A stretch of DNA of 64,000 nt. Source: Candidatus Eiseniibacteriota bacterium. Lineage in GTDB: Bacteria; Eisenbacteria; RBG-16-71-46. Positions 24,793 through 33,119 of this stretch are shown here, one piece after another. The number at the start of each line of letters is the position of its first letter. The first letter of the stretch is position 1. The notes beneath the pieces are model-generated. The model ran no database searches. It had not been told where the DNA came from and was given only the letters and a program-made list of their open reading frames with translations. The DNA is taken from contig CAVSAC010000012.1 of NCBI GenBank assembly GCA_963725865.1, positions 128,001 to 192,000 on the forward strand, given 5' to 3'. The position numbers were made by a program, and so were the translations under genes.

Positions 24793-25935
24793 ATGACGCA
24801 TCCGACCGCGAGCCGTGCGAGCCACCGCGCGGGACACCTCGTGCTCGCCGCGGCGCTCGTCGTCGCGGTGTTCGCCGCCGACGTGGGCACCGGCACCGAG
24901 CTCTCGCTCTCGCTCTTCTACCTGTTCCCGGTCGGTTACACCGCGTGGTTCTGCGGACTCGGCCCGGCGCTCGCGATGGCCGTGATGGCCGGCGTCGGCT
25001 GGTACGCGGCCGCCACGCTGCCCTCGTCGCGACACCTGGTGCCGGCGTGGCTGATGCTGTGGAACGCCGCGATCGAATCGGGCGTCAATTCCGTGGTCGC
25101 GGCGGCGCTCGCCGGCATGCGGCGCGGCCTCGATCGCGAGCGCGCGTTGCACGGCGAGCTCGAGGCGGCGTGGCGGGGACTCGACCGCGAGCAGCAGGTG
25201 GTGGGGGCGCTCCAGCGCGGGCTGTTGCCGGCGCGGCCACCCGAGCTGCCCGGCTGGCGCATCGCGGTGCACTACGCGACCAGCACGCGGGCCGGCGGGG
25301 ACTACTACGACTTCTTCGCGCTCCCGGACGGCGCGCTCGGCGTGCTGGTGGCCGACGCCTCGGGACACGGCACCCCGGCCGCGGTGGTCATGGCGATGCT
25401 GAGGACGCTGCTCCACACCGAGCCGCCCACGCTCGCCGATCCGCGCACGGTGCTCACCACGCTCGACCGCCGGCTGAGCGGCAACCTGCCGCGGGGCCAC
25501 TTCGCGACCGCCTGCTGGGTCACGCTCGGTCCCTCCACCGGCGCGCTCGCCTATGCCCGCGCCGGTCACTGCCCGCCGCTGGTGCTGCGCGCCTCGGGTG
25601 TGGTCGAGCGGCTCGATGCCGGCGGCGGCCTGCCGCTCGGGCTCGACGTCGTCGTGCCGCGCTACGCGGACGGCGCGTCGAGCGAGCTCGCCGCCTGCGC
25701 GCTGGCGCCCGGGGACACGCTGCTGCTCTACACCGACGGACTGACCGAAGCGACCGCTCCCGATGCCGAGATGTTCGGCGAGGAGCGCGTGCGCGCGCTG
25801 CTGGCGGAACACGCGGGAGCCGATCCCACGCAACTGCTCGAGCTCCTGCTCGACGCCGTGGGCACTCACCGCCGCGGAGCCGAGCTCGCCGACGACCTCA
25901 CGGTGCTGGCACTCGGGCGACGACCGGCCGCCTGA
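24793..25935 (+). CDS. Membrane-anchored PP2C/SpoIIE-family phosphatase
   Basis: N-terminal TM helices, then LQRGLLP, GGDYYD, ADASGHG, AGH, YTDGLTEA and DDLT. Confidence 0.9.
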   Translation: MTHPTASRASHRAGHLVLAAALVVAVFAADVGTGTELSLSLFYLFPVGYTAWFCGLGPALAMAVMAGVGWYAAATLPSSRHLVPAWLMLWNAAIESGVNSVVAAALAGMRRGLDRERALHGELEAAWRGLDREQQVVGALQRGLLPARPPELPGWRIAVHYATSTRAGGDYYDFFALPDGALGVLVADASGHGTPAAVVMAMLRTLLHTEPPTLADPRTVLTTLDRRLSGNLPRGHFATACWVTLGPSTGALAYARAGHCPPLVLRASGVVERLDAGGGLPLGLDVVVPRYADGASSELAACALAPGDTLLLYTDGLTEATAPDAEMFGEERVRALLAEHAGADPTQLLELLLDAVGTHRRGAELADDLTVLALGRRPAA

Positions 25936-25974
25936 GAGGTGCGCCCCACTCCGCCCGCGGCGCCCCGCCGCCGG

Positions 25975-25996
25975 CGTCTTGATGCCGTCTTGATGC
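25975..25996 (+). promoter_or_regulatory. Probable KdpE binding site
   Basis: Perfect tandem 11-bp repeat CGTCTTGATGC x2, about 80 bp upstream of the kdp operon. The spacing is OmpR-type. Confidence 0.7.
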
Positions 25997-26073
25997 CCGC
26001 GCCCCGCTTCCTGACCCGCGCCTGACGGCCTTCGGTGCTCCAATGGTGACGGACCCGAGCAACGGAGGTCGTC

Positions 26074-26160
26074 ATGTCGGATCTGGGGTGGCTCGTGGTG
26101 TTGTTGATCTGCGTCGTGCTGGCACGGGCGCTCGTGCGCCTGTGCGAGCGGCTCATGTGA
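26074..26160 (+). CDS. 28-aa single-TM peptide upstream of kdpF (not in ORF track)
   Basis: GGAGG RBS. MSDLGWLVVLLICVVLARALVRLCERLM. Its stop overlaps the kdpF RBS. Confidence 0.7.
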   Translation: MSDLGWLVVLLICVVLARALVRLCERLM

Positions 26161-26167
26161 GGAGACG

Positions 26168-26257
26168 ATGACCCCACTGCATGTGATCGGCCTGTTGATC
26201 GCGATCGCGCTGATGGCGTACCTGGTGGTCGCGCTGCTGCGGCCGGAGCGCTTCTGA
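26168..26257 (+). CDS. kdpF: K+-transporting ATPase subunit F (not in ORF track)
   Basis: MTPLHVIGLLIAIALMAYLVVALLRPERF carries the YL..LL.PERF signature. TGATG overlap with kdpA. Confidence 0.92.
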   Translation: MTPLHVIGLLIAIALMAYLVVALLRPERF

Positions 26258-28005
26258 TGACGCCGCGTGACGGATTCCAGGTCGTCCTGTACATGATCCT
26301 GCTGATCGCGTTCGCGGTGCCGCTCGGGCGGCTGTTCGCGGACGTGCTCGAGGGGCGGCGCACGTTCCTGACCCCGGTGCTCGGTGGCCTGGAGCGGCTG
26401 ATCTACCGTTTCGGCGGCGTCGACCCGCGCGGCGAGATGTCGTGGAAGCAGTACGCGCTCGCGATGCTCACGTTCAACGTGCTCGGCCTGCTCGTGGTCT
26501 ACCTGCTCCAGCGGCTGCAGGCGGTGCTGCCGCTGAATCCGGCGCACCTACCGGCAGTCGAGGCGGGCTCGGCGTTCAACACCGCGGTCTCGTTCGCGAC
26601 CAACACCAACTGGCAGGGCTACGCCGGCGAGGCGACGATGAGCCGCCTCACCCAGATGTTGGGCCTCGCGGTGCAGAACTTCGTCTCGGCGGCGACCGGC
26701 ATCGCGGTGCTGGCCGCGTTCATCCGCGGCCTCGCGCGGCACAGCGCCGCCACCCTGGGCGACTTCTGGGTCGACCTGACGCGCTCGACGCTCTACATCA
26801 TGCTGCCGCTGTCGGTCGTGCTGGCGGTCGTCCTCACGTCGCAGGGCGTCGTGCAGACGTTCGGGCCCGACCCGGTCGTGACGCTCGCACGCCCGACGCA
26901 CGACTCGGCAGGCCACGAGGTCACGACGCAGACCATCCCGGTGGGCCCGGTCGCCTCGCAGATCGCGATCAAGCAGCTCGGCACCAACGGCGGCGGCTAC
27001 TACAACGTGAACTCGTCGCATCCGCTCGAGAACACGACCCCGCTCTCGAACCTGCTCGAGATGCTGGCGATCCTGGTGATCGCGGCCGCGCTGTGCATCA
27101 CGTTCGGACGCATGGTGGGCGACACGCGCCAGGGATGGGCGATATTGGCCGCCATGACGCTGCTGTTCGTGGCGGTGCTGTCGGCCGGGCTGTGGGCCGA
27201 GACGCGCGGCAACCCGCACCTCGCCGCCCTCGGCGTCGACCAGTCGGTGGCGCGCGGTTCGATGGAGGGCAAGGAGACGCGCTTCGGGGTGGTGAACTCG
27301 GTGCTGTGGGCGAGCGCCACCACCGCGGCCTCGAACGGTTCGGTCAACTCCATGCACGACTCGTTCACGCCGCTCGGCGGGCTGGTGCCGATGGTGCTCA
27401 TGCAGCTCGGCGAGGTGGTGTACGGCGGCGTGGGCTCGGGGCTCTACGGCATGCTGGTGTTCGCCCTCGTCACGGTGTTCATGGCCGGACTGATGGTGGG
27501 GCGCACCCCGGAGTACCTGGGCAAGAAGATCGAGGCCTACGAGATGAAGATGGCCTCGCTGGTCATCCTGATCCCGCCCGCGCTGGTGCTGCTCGGCACC
27601 GCCTTCGCGGTGGTGGCGCCGGCGGGCGTGGCCACGCTCGGCAACCCCGGCGTGCACGGCTTCAGCGAGATCCTCTACGCGTTCTCGTCGGCGTCGAACA
27701 ACAACGGCAGCGCGTTCGCCGGGCTGGGCGCGAACACGCCGTTCTACAACCTGATGCTCGGCGTAGCGATGTTCTTCGCGCGCTACGCGCTGGCGATCCC
27801 GGTGCTGGCGCTGGCCGGCGCGCTCGCGCGCAAGAAGCGGGTGCCGCCCGGCCCCGGCACGCTGCCCACCCACACGCCGCTGTTCGTCGCGATGCTGATC
27901 GCCGTGGTGCTCATCGTCGGCGCGCTCACGTTCGTTCCCGCGCTGGCGCTCGGCCCGATCGTCGAGCACTTCATGCGGTCCGGCGCGATCGCGCTGCCGC
28001 ACTGA
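26257..28005 (+). CDS. kdpA: K+-transporting ATPase subunit A
   Basis: NTNWQ, KQLGTNGGG, SNGSVNSMHDS, GRTPEYLGKK and NNGSAFAG motifs. Confidence 0.98.
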   Translation: MTPRDGFQVVLYMILLIAFAVPLGRLFADVLEGRRTFLTPVLGGLERLIYRFGGVDPRGEMSWKQYALAMLTFNVLGLLVVYLLQRLQAVLPLNPAHLPAVEAGSAFNTAVSFATNTNWQGYAGEATMSRLTQMLGLAVQNFVSAATGIAVLAAFIRGLARHSAATLGDFWVDLTRSTLYIMLPLSVVLAVVLTSQGVVQTFGPDPVVTLARPTHDSAGHEVTTQTIPVGPVASQIAIKQLGTNGGGYYNVNSSHPLENTTPLSNLLEMLAILVIAAALCITFGRMVGDTRQGWAILAAMTLLFVAVLSAGLWAETRGNPHLAALGVDQSVARGSMEGKETRFGVVNSVLWASATTAASNGSVNSMHDSFTPLGGLVPMVLMQLGEVVYGGVGSGLYGMLVFALVTVFMAGLMVGRTPEYLGKKIEAYEMKMASLVILIPPALVLLGTAFAVVAPAGVATLGNPGVHGFSEILYAFSSASNNNGSAFAGLGANTPFYNLMLGVAMFFARYALAIPVLALAGALARKKRVPPGPGTLPTHTPLFVAMLIAVVLIVGALTFVPALALGPIVEHFMRSGAIALPH

Positions 28006-28028
28006 CACCCGTCGAGGAGGAATTCCAC

Positions 28029-30104
28029 GTGTCGTCCCGGCCCGGTGCACGTCCGCTGTTCGACCCGCCCATCGTGCGTCGCGCGATGCTCGATGCCGTG
28101 CTCAAGCTCGACCCGCGTCACCAGATCCGCAATCCGGTGATGTTCGTGGTGCTGGTGACCTCGGTGCTCACCACCGTGCTCGGCATCCAGGCGCTCGGCG
28201 GTCACGGCGAGGCGCCCGCGGGGTTCATCCTGAGCGTCGCGGTGTGGCTGTGGTTCACGGTGCTGTTCGCCAACTTCGCCGAGGCGATGGCCGAGGGGCG
28301 CGGCAAGGCGCAGGCCGACGCGTTGCGGCGCGCGCGCGGCCACGTGATGGCCAAGCTCCTGAGCGATCCGGCGGACCACCTGTCGATCTCGGTCGCCCCG
28401 TCGACCACGCTCAAGAAGGGCGACGTGTTCATCGTCGCACGCCGGCGACACCCTCGCCTCCGACGGCGAGGTGATCGAGGGCGTGGCCTCGGTCGACGAG
28501 AGCGCGATCACCGGCGAGAGCGCACCCGTGATCCGCGAGAGCGGCGGCGACCGCAGCGCGGTCACCGGCGGCACGCGCGTGCTGTCGGACTGGCTGGTCG
28601 TGCGCGTCACGGCCGAGCCGGGCGAGACGTTCCTCGACCGCATGATCGCCATGGTCGAGGGCGCCAAGCGCCAGAAGACGCCCGAACGAGATCGCGCTCG
28701 CGATCCTGCTCGCCGCGCTCACCATCGTGTTCCTGCTCGCGACCGCCACGCTGCTGCCGTTCTCGCTCTACGCGGTGCACAGCGCGGGCGCCGGCGCACC
28801 GATCACCGTCACGGTGCTGATGCGCGCTGCTGGTGTGCCTGATCCCCACCACGATCGGCGGCCTGCTGTCGGCGATCGGCATCGCCGGCATGGATCGCAT
28901 GACCCAGGCCAACGTGGTCGCGATGTCCGGCCGCGCCGTCGAGGCGGCCGGCGACGTGGACGTGCTGCTGCTCGACAAGACCGGCACCATCACGCTCGGC
29001 AACCGGCAGGCGACCGCGTTCCTGCCCGCCGACGGCGTGACCGAGGAGGCGCTCGCCGACGCCGCGCAGCTCGCCTCGCTCGCCGACGAGACGCCCGAGG
29101 GGCGCAGCATCGTGGTGCTCGCCAAGGAGCGCCACGGCATTCGCGAGCGCGACGTGCACGCGCTGGGCGCCACGTTCGTGCCGTTCTCCGCGCAGACCCG
29201 CATGAGCGGCGTGGACCTCGACGGCCGCCGCGTCCGCAAGGGCGCGGCCGACGCGGTCGAGGCGTTCGTGCGCGCGCAGGGCGGCGAGCTGCCGGCCGCG
29301 GTGCGCACGCGCGTCGAGAGCGTCGCGCGCGCCGGCGCGACGCCGCTGGTGGTGGCGGACGGCGCCCGGGTGCTCGGCGTCATCCAGCTCAAGGACATCG
29401 TCAAGGGCGGCATCCGCGAGCGCTTCCAGCAGCTGCGCAACATGGGCATCAAGACCGTGATGATCACCGGCGACAACCCGCTCACCGCCGCCGCCATCGC
29501 GGCCGAGGCCGGGGTCGACGACTTCCTCGCCGAGGCCACGCCGGAGGCCAAGCTCAAGCTGATCCGCGAGCAGCAGGCCGGCGGCCGCCTGGTGGCGATG
29601 ACCGGCGACGGCACCAACGACGCGCCGGCGCTCGCGCAGGCCGACGTCGCGGTGGCGATGAACAGCGGCACCCAGGCGGCGAAGGAGGCCGGCAACATGG
29701 TCGACCTCGACTCCAACCCGACCAAGCTGATCGAGATCGTCGAGACCGGCAAGCAGCTGCTGATGACGCGCGGCGCGCTGACGACGTTCAGCATCACGAA
29801 CGACGTCGCGAAGTACTTCGCGATCCTCCCGGCGGCGTTCGTGGCCACCTATCCGCCGCTGGCGGCGCTCAACGTCATGCGCCTGGCGACACCCGAGAGC
29901 GCCATCCTCTCCGCGGTGATCTTCAACGCGCTGATCATCGTCGCGCTGATCCCGCTGGCGCTGCGCGGCGTGCGCTACCGGCCGCTGGGTGCCGCAACCG
30001 TGCTGCGCCACCACCTGCTGATCTACGGCGTCGGCGGACTGATCGCGCCGTTCGTCGGGATCAAGCTCATCGACCTCGCGCTCGTCGCGCTCCATCTAAC
30101 GTAG
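28029..30104 (+). CDS. kdpB: K+-transporting ATPase subunit B, interrupted by three +1 frameshifts (about 28440, 28683, 28822)
   Basis: NPVMF, TGESAPV, CLIPTT, DKTGT, KGA, TGDN and GDGTND motifs spread over successive frames. Confidence 0.93.
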
Positions 30105-30113
30105 GAGGCTGTC

Positions 30114-30703
30114 GTGCGATTCGCCTTCCGTCCCGCGCTCGCGCTGCTGGTGGCGCTAACCCTCGTCACCGGCGTGCTGTATCCGCTTGTGGTCACCGGC
30201 ATCGGCATGGTGCTGTTCCCGCGCCCGTCGCGCGGCAGCCTGATCGTCGAGCACGGCGTCGTGCGCGGCTCGTCGCAGATCGGTCAGCCGTTCGACGCGC
30301 CGGGCGACTTTTGGGGCCGCCCGTCGGCGACCTCGCGCGTGCCGTACGACGCGGCGCTCTCGACCGGCTCGAACCTGGGGCCCCTGAACCCGGCCCTGAT
30401 CGACGCGGTGCGCGCGCGCGTCGCGGCGCTGCGGGCGGCGGACCCGACCAACCCCGCGCCGGTCCCGGTCGATCTGGTGACCGCCTCGGGCAGCGGGCTC
30501 GATCCGCACATCAGTCCGGCGGCGGCCGAGTACCAGGTGCCGCGGGTGGCGCGTGCGCGCGGACTCGACGAGGGGATGGTGCGCGCGCTGGTCGCCCAGG
30601 CACACGACGCCGCCGCAACTCGGCGTGCTGGGCGAGCCGGTGGTGAACGTCCTGCGAACTCAACCTGGCACTCGATGGGGAGGTCGAACGTGCGCGTCGG
30701 TGA
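30114..30703 (+). CDS. kdpC: K+-transporting ATPase subunit C, two +1 frameshifts (about 30598, 30655)
   Basis: FWGRPSA, GSNLGP and [14 protein letters not shown] motifs. The corrected tail [18 protein letters not shown] ends at TGA 30703. Confidence 0.9.
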
Positions 30704-31463
30704 ATGCCGCCCATTCGTGATCTGTCTGGTCGTGTCCGCGATGGTGGCCGGGGCGGCTTCCGCGTCGGCGACCCCATCCTCGACCGACTGGACCCCTGCG
30801 ACCACTGACGTCCAGGCCTTCCGAGTGCTGCACGTGGGCATCGACAACTACTTCACGACCTTCCGCACCGCCCGCGATGGCGCCGGGGACTTCCCGACCG
30901 ACGTGGGACTCACCGTCGGCGTGCTGCCCGTTCGAAAGGTGCAGATGGAGATCGGCATCGACACGCTCGAGCCGAGCGACCATCCGCTGTATTTCAATGC
31001 GAAGCTCGGAACGCCCGAGAACATCCTGTTCCGTGGCGCGCCGGCGTTGAGCGTTGGGGTGTTCAACGTGGGCACCGAGTCCGGCGCGACCGACCAGAAC
31101 ATCGTGCACGGCGTGCTGGGCAAGACGATCCCAGGCGTGTGCCGGCTGTTCGTGGGCGGCTACGTCGGCAACGATCGGGTGCTCGTCGACGCCCGGGGCG
31201 AGGCCGCGGGGTCGGGATTCATGCTGGGGTTCGACCGCGGTTTCCTGCCGGTGGGAGCCGCTGGCGGCGATTCGTTCAACCGTCTGGTCCTGGCGGGCGA
31301 CTTCGCCTCGGGCAAGAACGCATTCGGCGGCGGCGGGCTCGGACTCTACTACTACTTCTCGCCGAGCATCTCGCTGTTGACCGGGCCGGTGTGGTTCAAC
31401 GAGGAGGCCATCAACGGCGAGTGGAAGTGGACGACCCAGCTCGACGTGAACGCGCCGTTCTGA
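30690..31463 (+). CDS. Putative outer-membrane beta-barrel protein in the kdp operon
   Basis: GTG after GGGGAGG, signal peptide (ASA), Gly/aromatic amphipathic strands and C-terminal QLDVNAPF. Confidence 0.65.
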   Translation: MRVGECRPFVICLVVSAMVAGAASASATPSSTDWTPATTDVQAFRVLHVGIDNYFTTFRTARDGAGDFPTDVGLTVGVLPVRKVQMEIGIDTLEPSDHPLYFNAKLGTPENILFRGAPALSVGVFNVGTESGATDQNIVHGVLGKTIPGVCRLFVGGYVGNDRVLVDARGEAAGSGFMLGFDRGFLPVGAAGGDSFNRLVLAGDFASGKNAFGGGGLGLYYYFSPSISLLTGPVWFNEEAINGEWKWTTQLDVNAPF

Positions 31464-31673
31464 GCGCCCGCGGCCGTTAGACGCCGCGCCGCCGCTCGCC
31501 GGGAGCTCGCTCGTCACGCTCCGCCCAAAGGACAGGTGCTCGGCGAGCCAGGGCATTTCACCGTTGCGGTCACCCCCCGACGTGCGATACGAGGAGGCGC
31601 TCGCTCGCGCGACGCGCGCTCGCGGGCGCCGGCGCGCCGTCACGGCCGCCGCCACACTCCCCGGGAGGTACCG

Positions 31674-33005
31674 ATGGCCCCCTCCATCGACGCGGACACC
31701 GGACGTCTGACCCCCGACGAGCTGCGCGAGGCGTGGCCGCTGCTGCTGCCCGAAGACCGCCTGGAGTCGTTCCACGCCCTCGACCCGGCGGTCGCGGACG
31801 ACTTCTTCCTGAGCCTCGGCACCAGCGGCCAGTCGAGCCTGCTGCTCTCGCTGCCGGAAGGGGAGCGGCGCCTGTGGCTGCGCCTGCTGCCGCCGGACGA
31901 CGCCGCGGACCTGATCCAGGCCGCCCCGTTCGTGGAGCGCGAGGCGCTGCTCGCGCTGCTCGACGAGCAGACCCGCCGCGACGTGCGCGGGCTGCTGGCG
32001 TACGCCGCCGACGACGCGGGCGGGCTGATGAACCCGCGCTACGCGCAGGTGCGCCCCGACCTGACCAGCGACGAGGCCATCCGCTACCTGCGCCGGCAGG
32101 TGCGCGAGCGGCCGGAGAGCCTGCTCTACGCCTACGTGATCGACCAGGACCAGCGCCTGCTCGGCGTGGCGTCGTTCCGCGAGCTGCTGGGGGCGCCGAC
32201 CGACGCGCAGGTGCAGCAGATCATGCGCACCAAGCTGGTCACCGTGCCCGAGTCGATGGACCAGGAGGAGGTCAGCCGCGTGTTCGCCCGCCACCGGCTG
32301 GTGGCGATCCCGGTGGTGGACGACGCCGGGCGCATGCGGGGCGTGGTCACCGCGGACGACATCGTCGACGTCGTGCGCGAGGAGGCCACCGAGGACATCC
32401 AGAAGATCGGCGGCAGCGAGGCACTCGGCGCCCCGTATCTCGAGGTGCGGCTGCCGGCGATGATCCGCAAGCGCGCCGGCTGGCTGTCGGCGCTGTTCAT
32501 CGGCGAGCTGCTCACCGCCACCGCGATGGGCTACTTCGAGGCCGAGATCGCGCGCGCGGTGGTGCTCGCGCTGTTCGTGCCGCTGGTGATCAGCAGCGGC
32601 GGCAACTCCGGCGGCCAGGCGACCACGCTCATCATCCGCGCGATGGCGCTCGGTGAGGTGCGGCTGCGCGACTGGTGGCGGGTGGTGCGGCGCGAGTTCC
32701 TCTCGGGGCTCGGGCTCGGCGCGATCCTCGGCGGGCTCGGCGCGCTGCGGATCTGGATCTGGCAGCGCCTGTTCCACACCTACGGCGACCACGCGCTGGT
32801 GATCGGCATGACGGTCGGCTTCAGCCTGGTCGGCGTGGTGCTGTGGGGCACGCTGGCGGGCTCGATGCTGCCGTTCCTGCTGCGCCGGCTCGGCGCCGAC
32901 CCGGCGAGCGCCTCGGCGCCGTTCGTCGCGACGCTGGTCGACGTCACCGGGCTCGTCATCTACTTCACCACCGCGCGCCTGATCATGGCCGGGTCGCTGC
33001 TGTGA
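31674..33005 (+). CDS. mgtE: Magnesium transporter MgtE
   Basis: AGGLM, a CBS pair, EEATED, SGGNSG.Q and DPA.ASAPFVATLVD motifs. Confidence 0.96.
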   Translation: MAPSIDADTGRLTPDELREAWPLLLPEDRLESFHALDPAVADDFFLSLGTSGQSSLLLSLPEGERRLWLRLLPPDDAADLIQAAPFVEREALLALLDEQTRRDVRGLLAYAADDAGGLMNPRYAQVRPDLTSDEAIRYLRRQVRERPESLLYAYVIDQDQRLLGVASFRELLGAPTDAQVQQIMRTKLVTVPESMDQEEVSRVFARHRLVAIPVVDDAGRMRGVVTADDIVDVVREEATEDIQKIGGSEALGAPYLEVRLPAMIRKRAGWLSALFIGELLTATAMGYFEAEIARAVVLALFVPLVISSGGNSGGQATTLIIRAMALGEVRLRDWWRVVRREFLSGLGLGAILGGLGALRIWIWQRLFHTYGDHALVIGMTVGFSLVGVVLWGTLAGSMLPFLLRRLGADPASASAPFVATLVDVTGLVIYFTTARLIMAGSLL

Positions 33006-33119
33006 GCCGCCGGCGCGCCCGCGCGGCGACCCGCCTGCGCTCCACGCGCCAACGGCGTTAGACTGCCTCTCCGCGGCCGGAGCGCAGGCCGCGGCCCGCA
33101 GCCCACCCGAGGATCGTCC

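Noticed and set aside
25936..26073. c-di-AMP (ydaO) riboswitch upstream of kdp
   Set aside because: No GCTGAATCC, GGGGAACC or CAGCTAAC-like elements, and the space is taken by the direct repeat and promoter.
28430..28830. Programmed frameshifting in kdpB
   Set aside because: No slippery heptamers are present, three independent slips would be needed, and similar slips occur in unrelated genes.
30114..31463. Apparent KdpC-outer-membrane protein fusion (449 aa)
   Set aside because: The conserved KdpC tail lies in shifted frames with its own stop at 30703, and the barrel has its own RBS, start and signal peptide.
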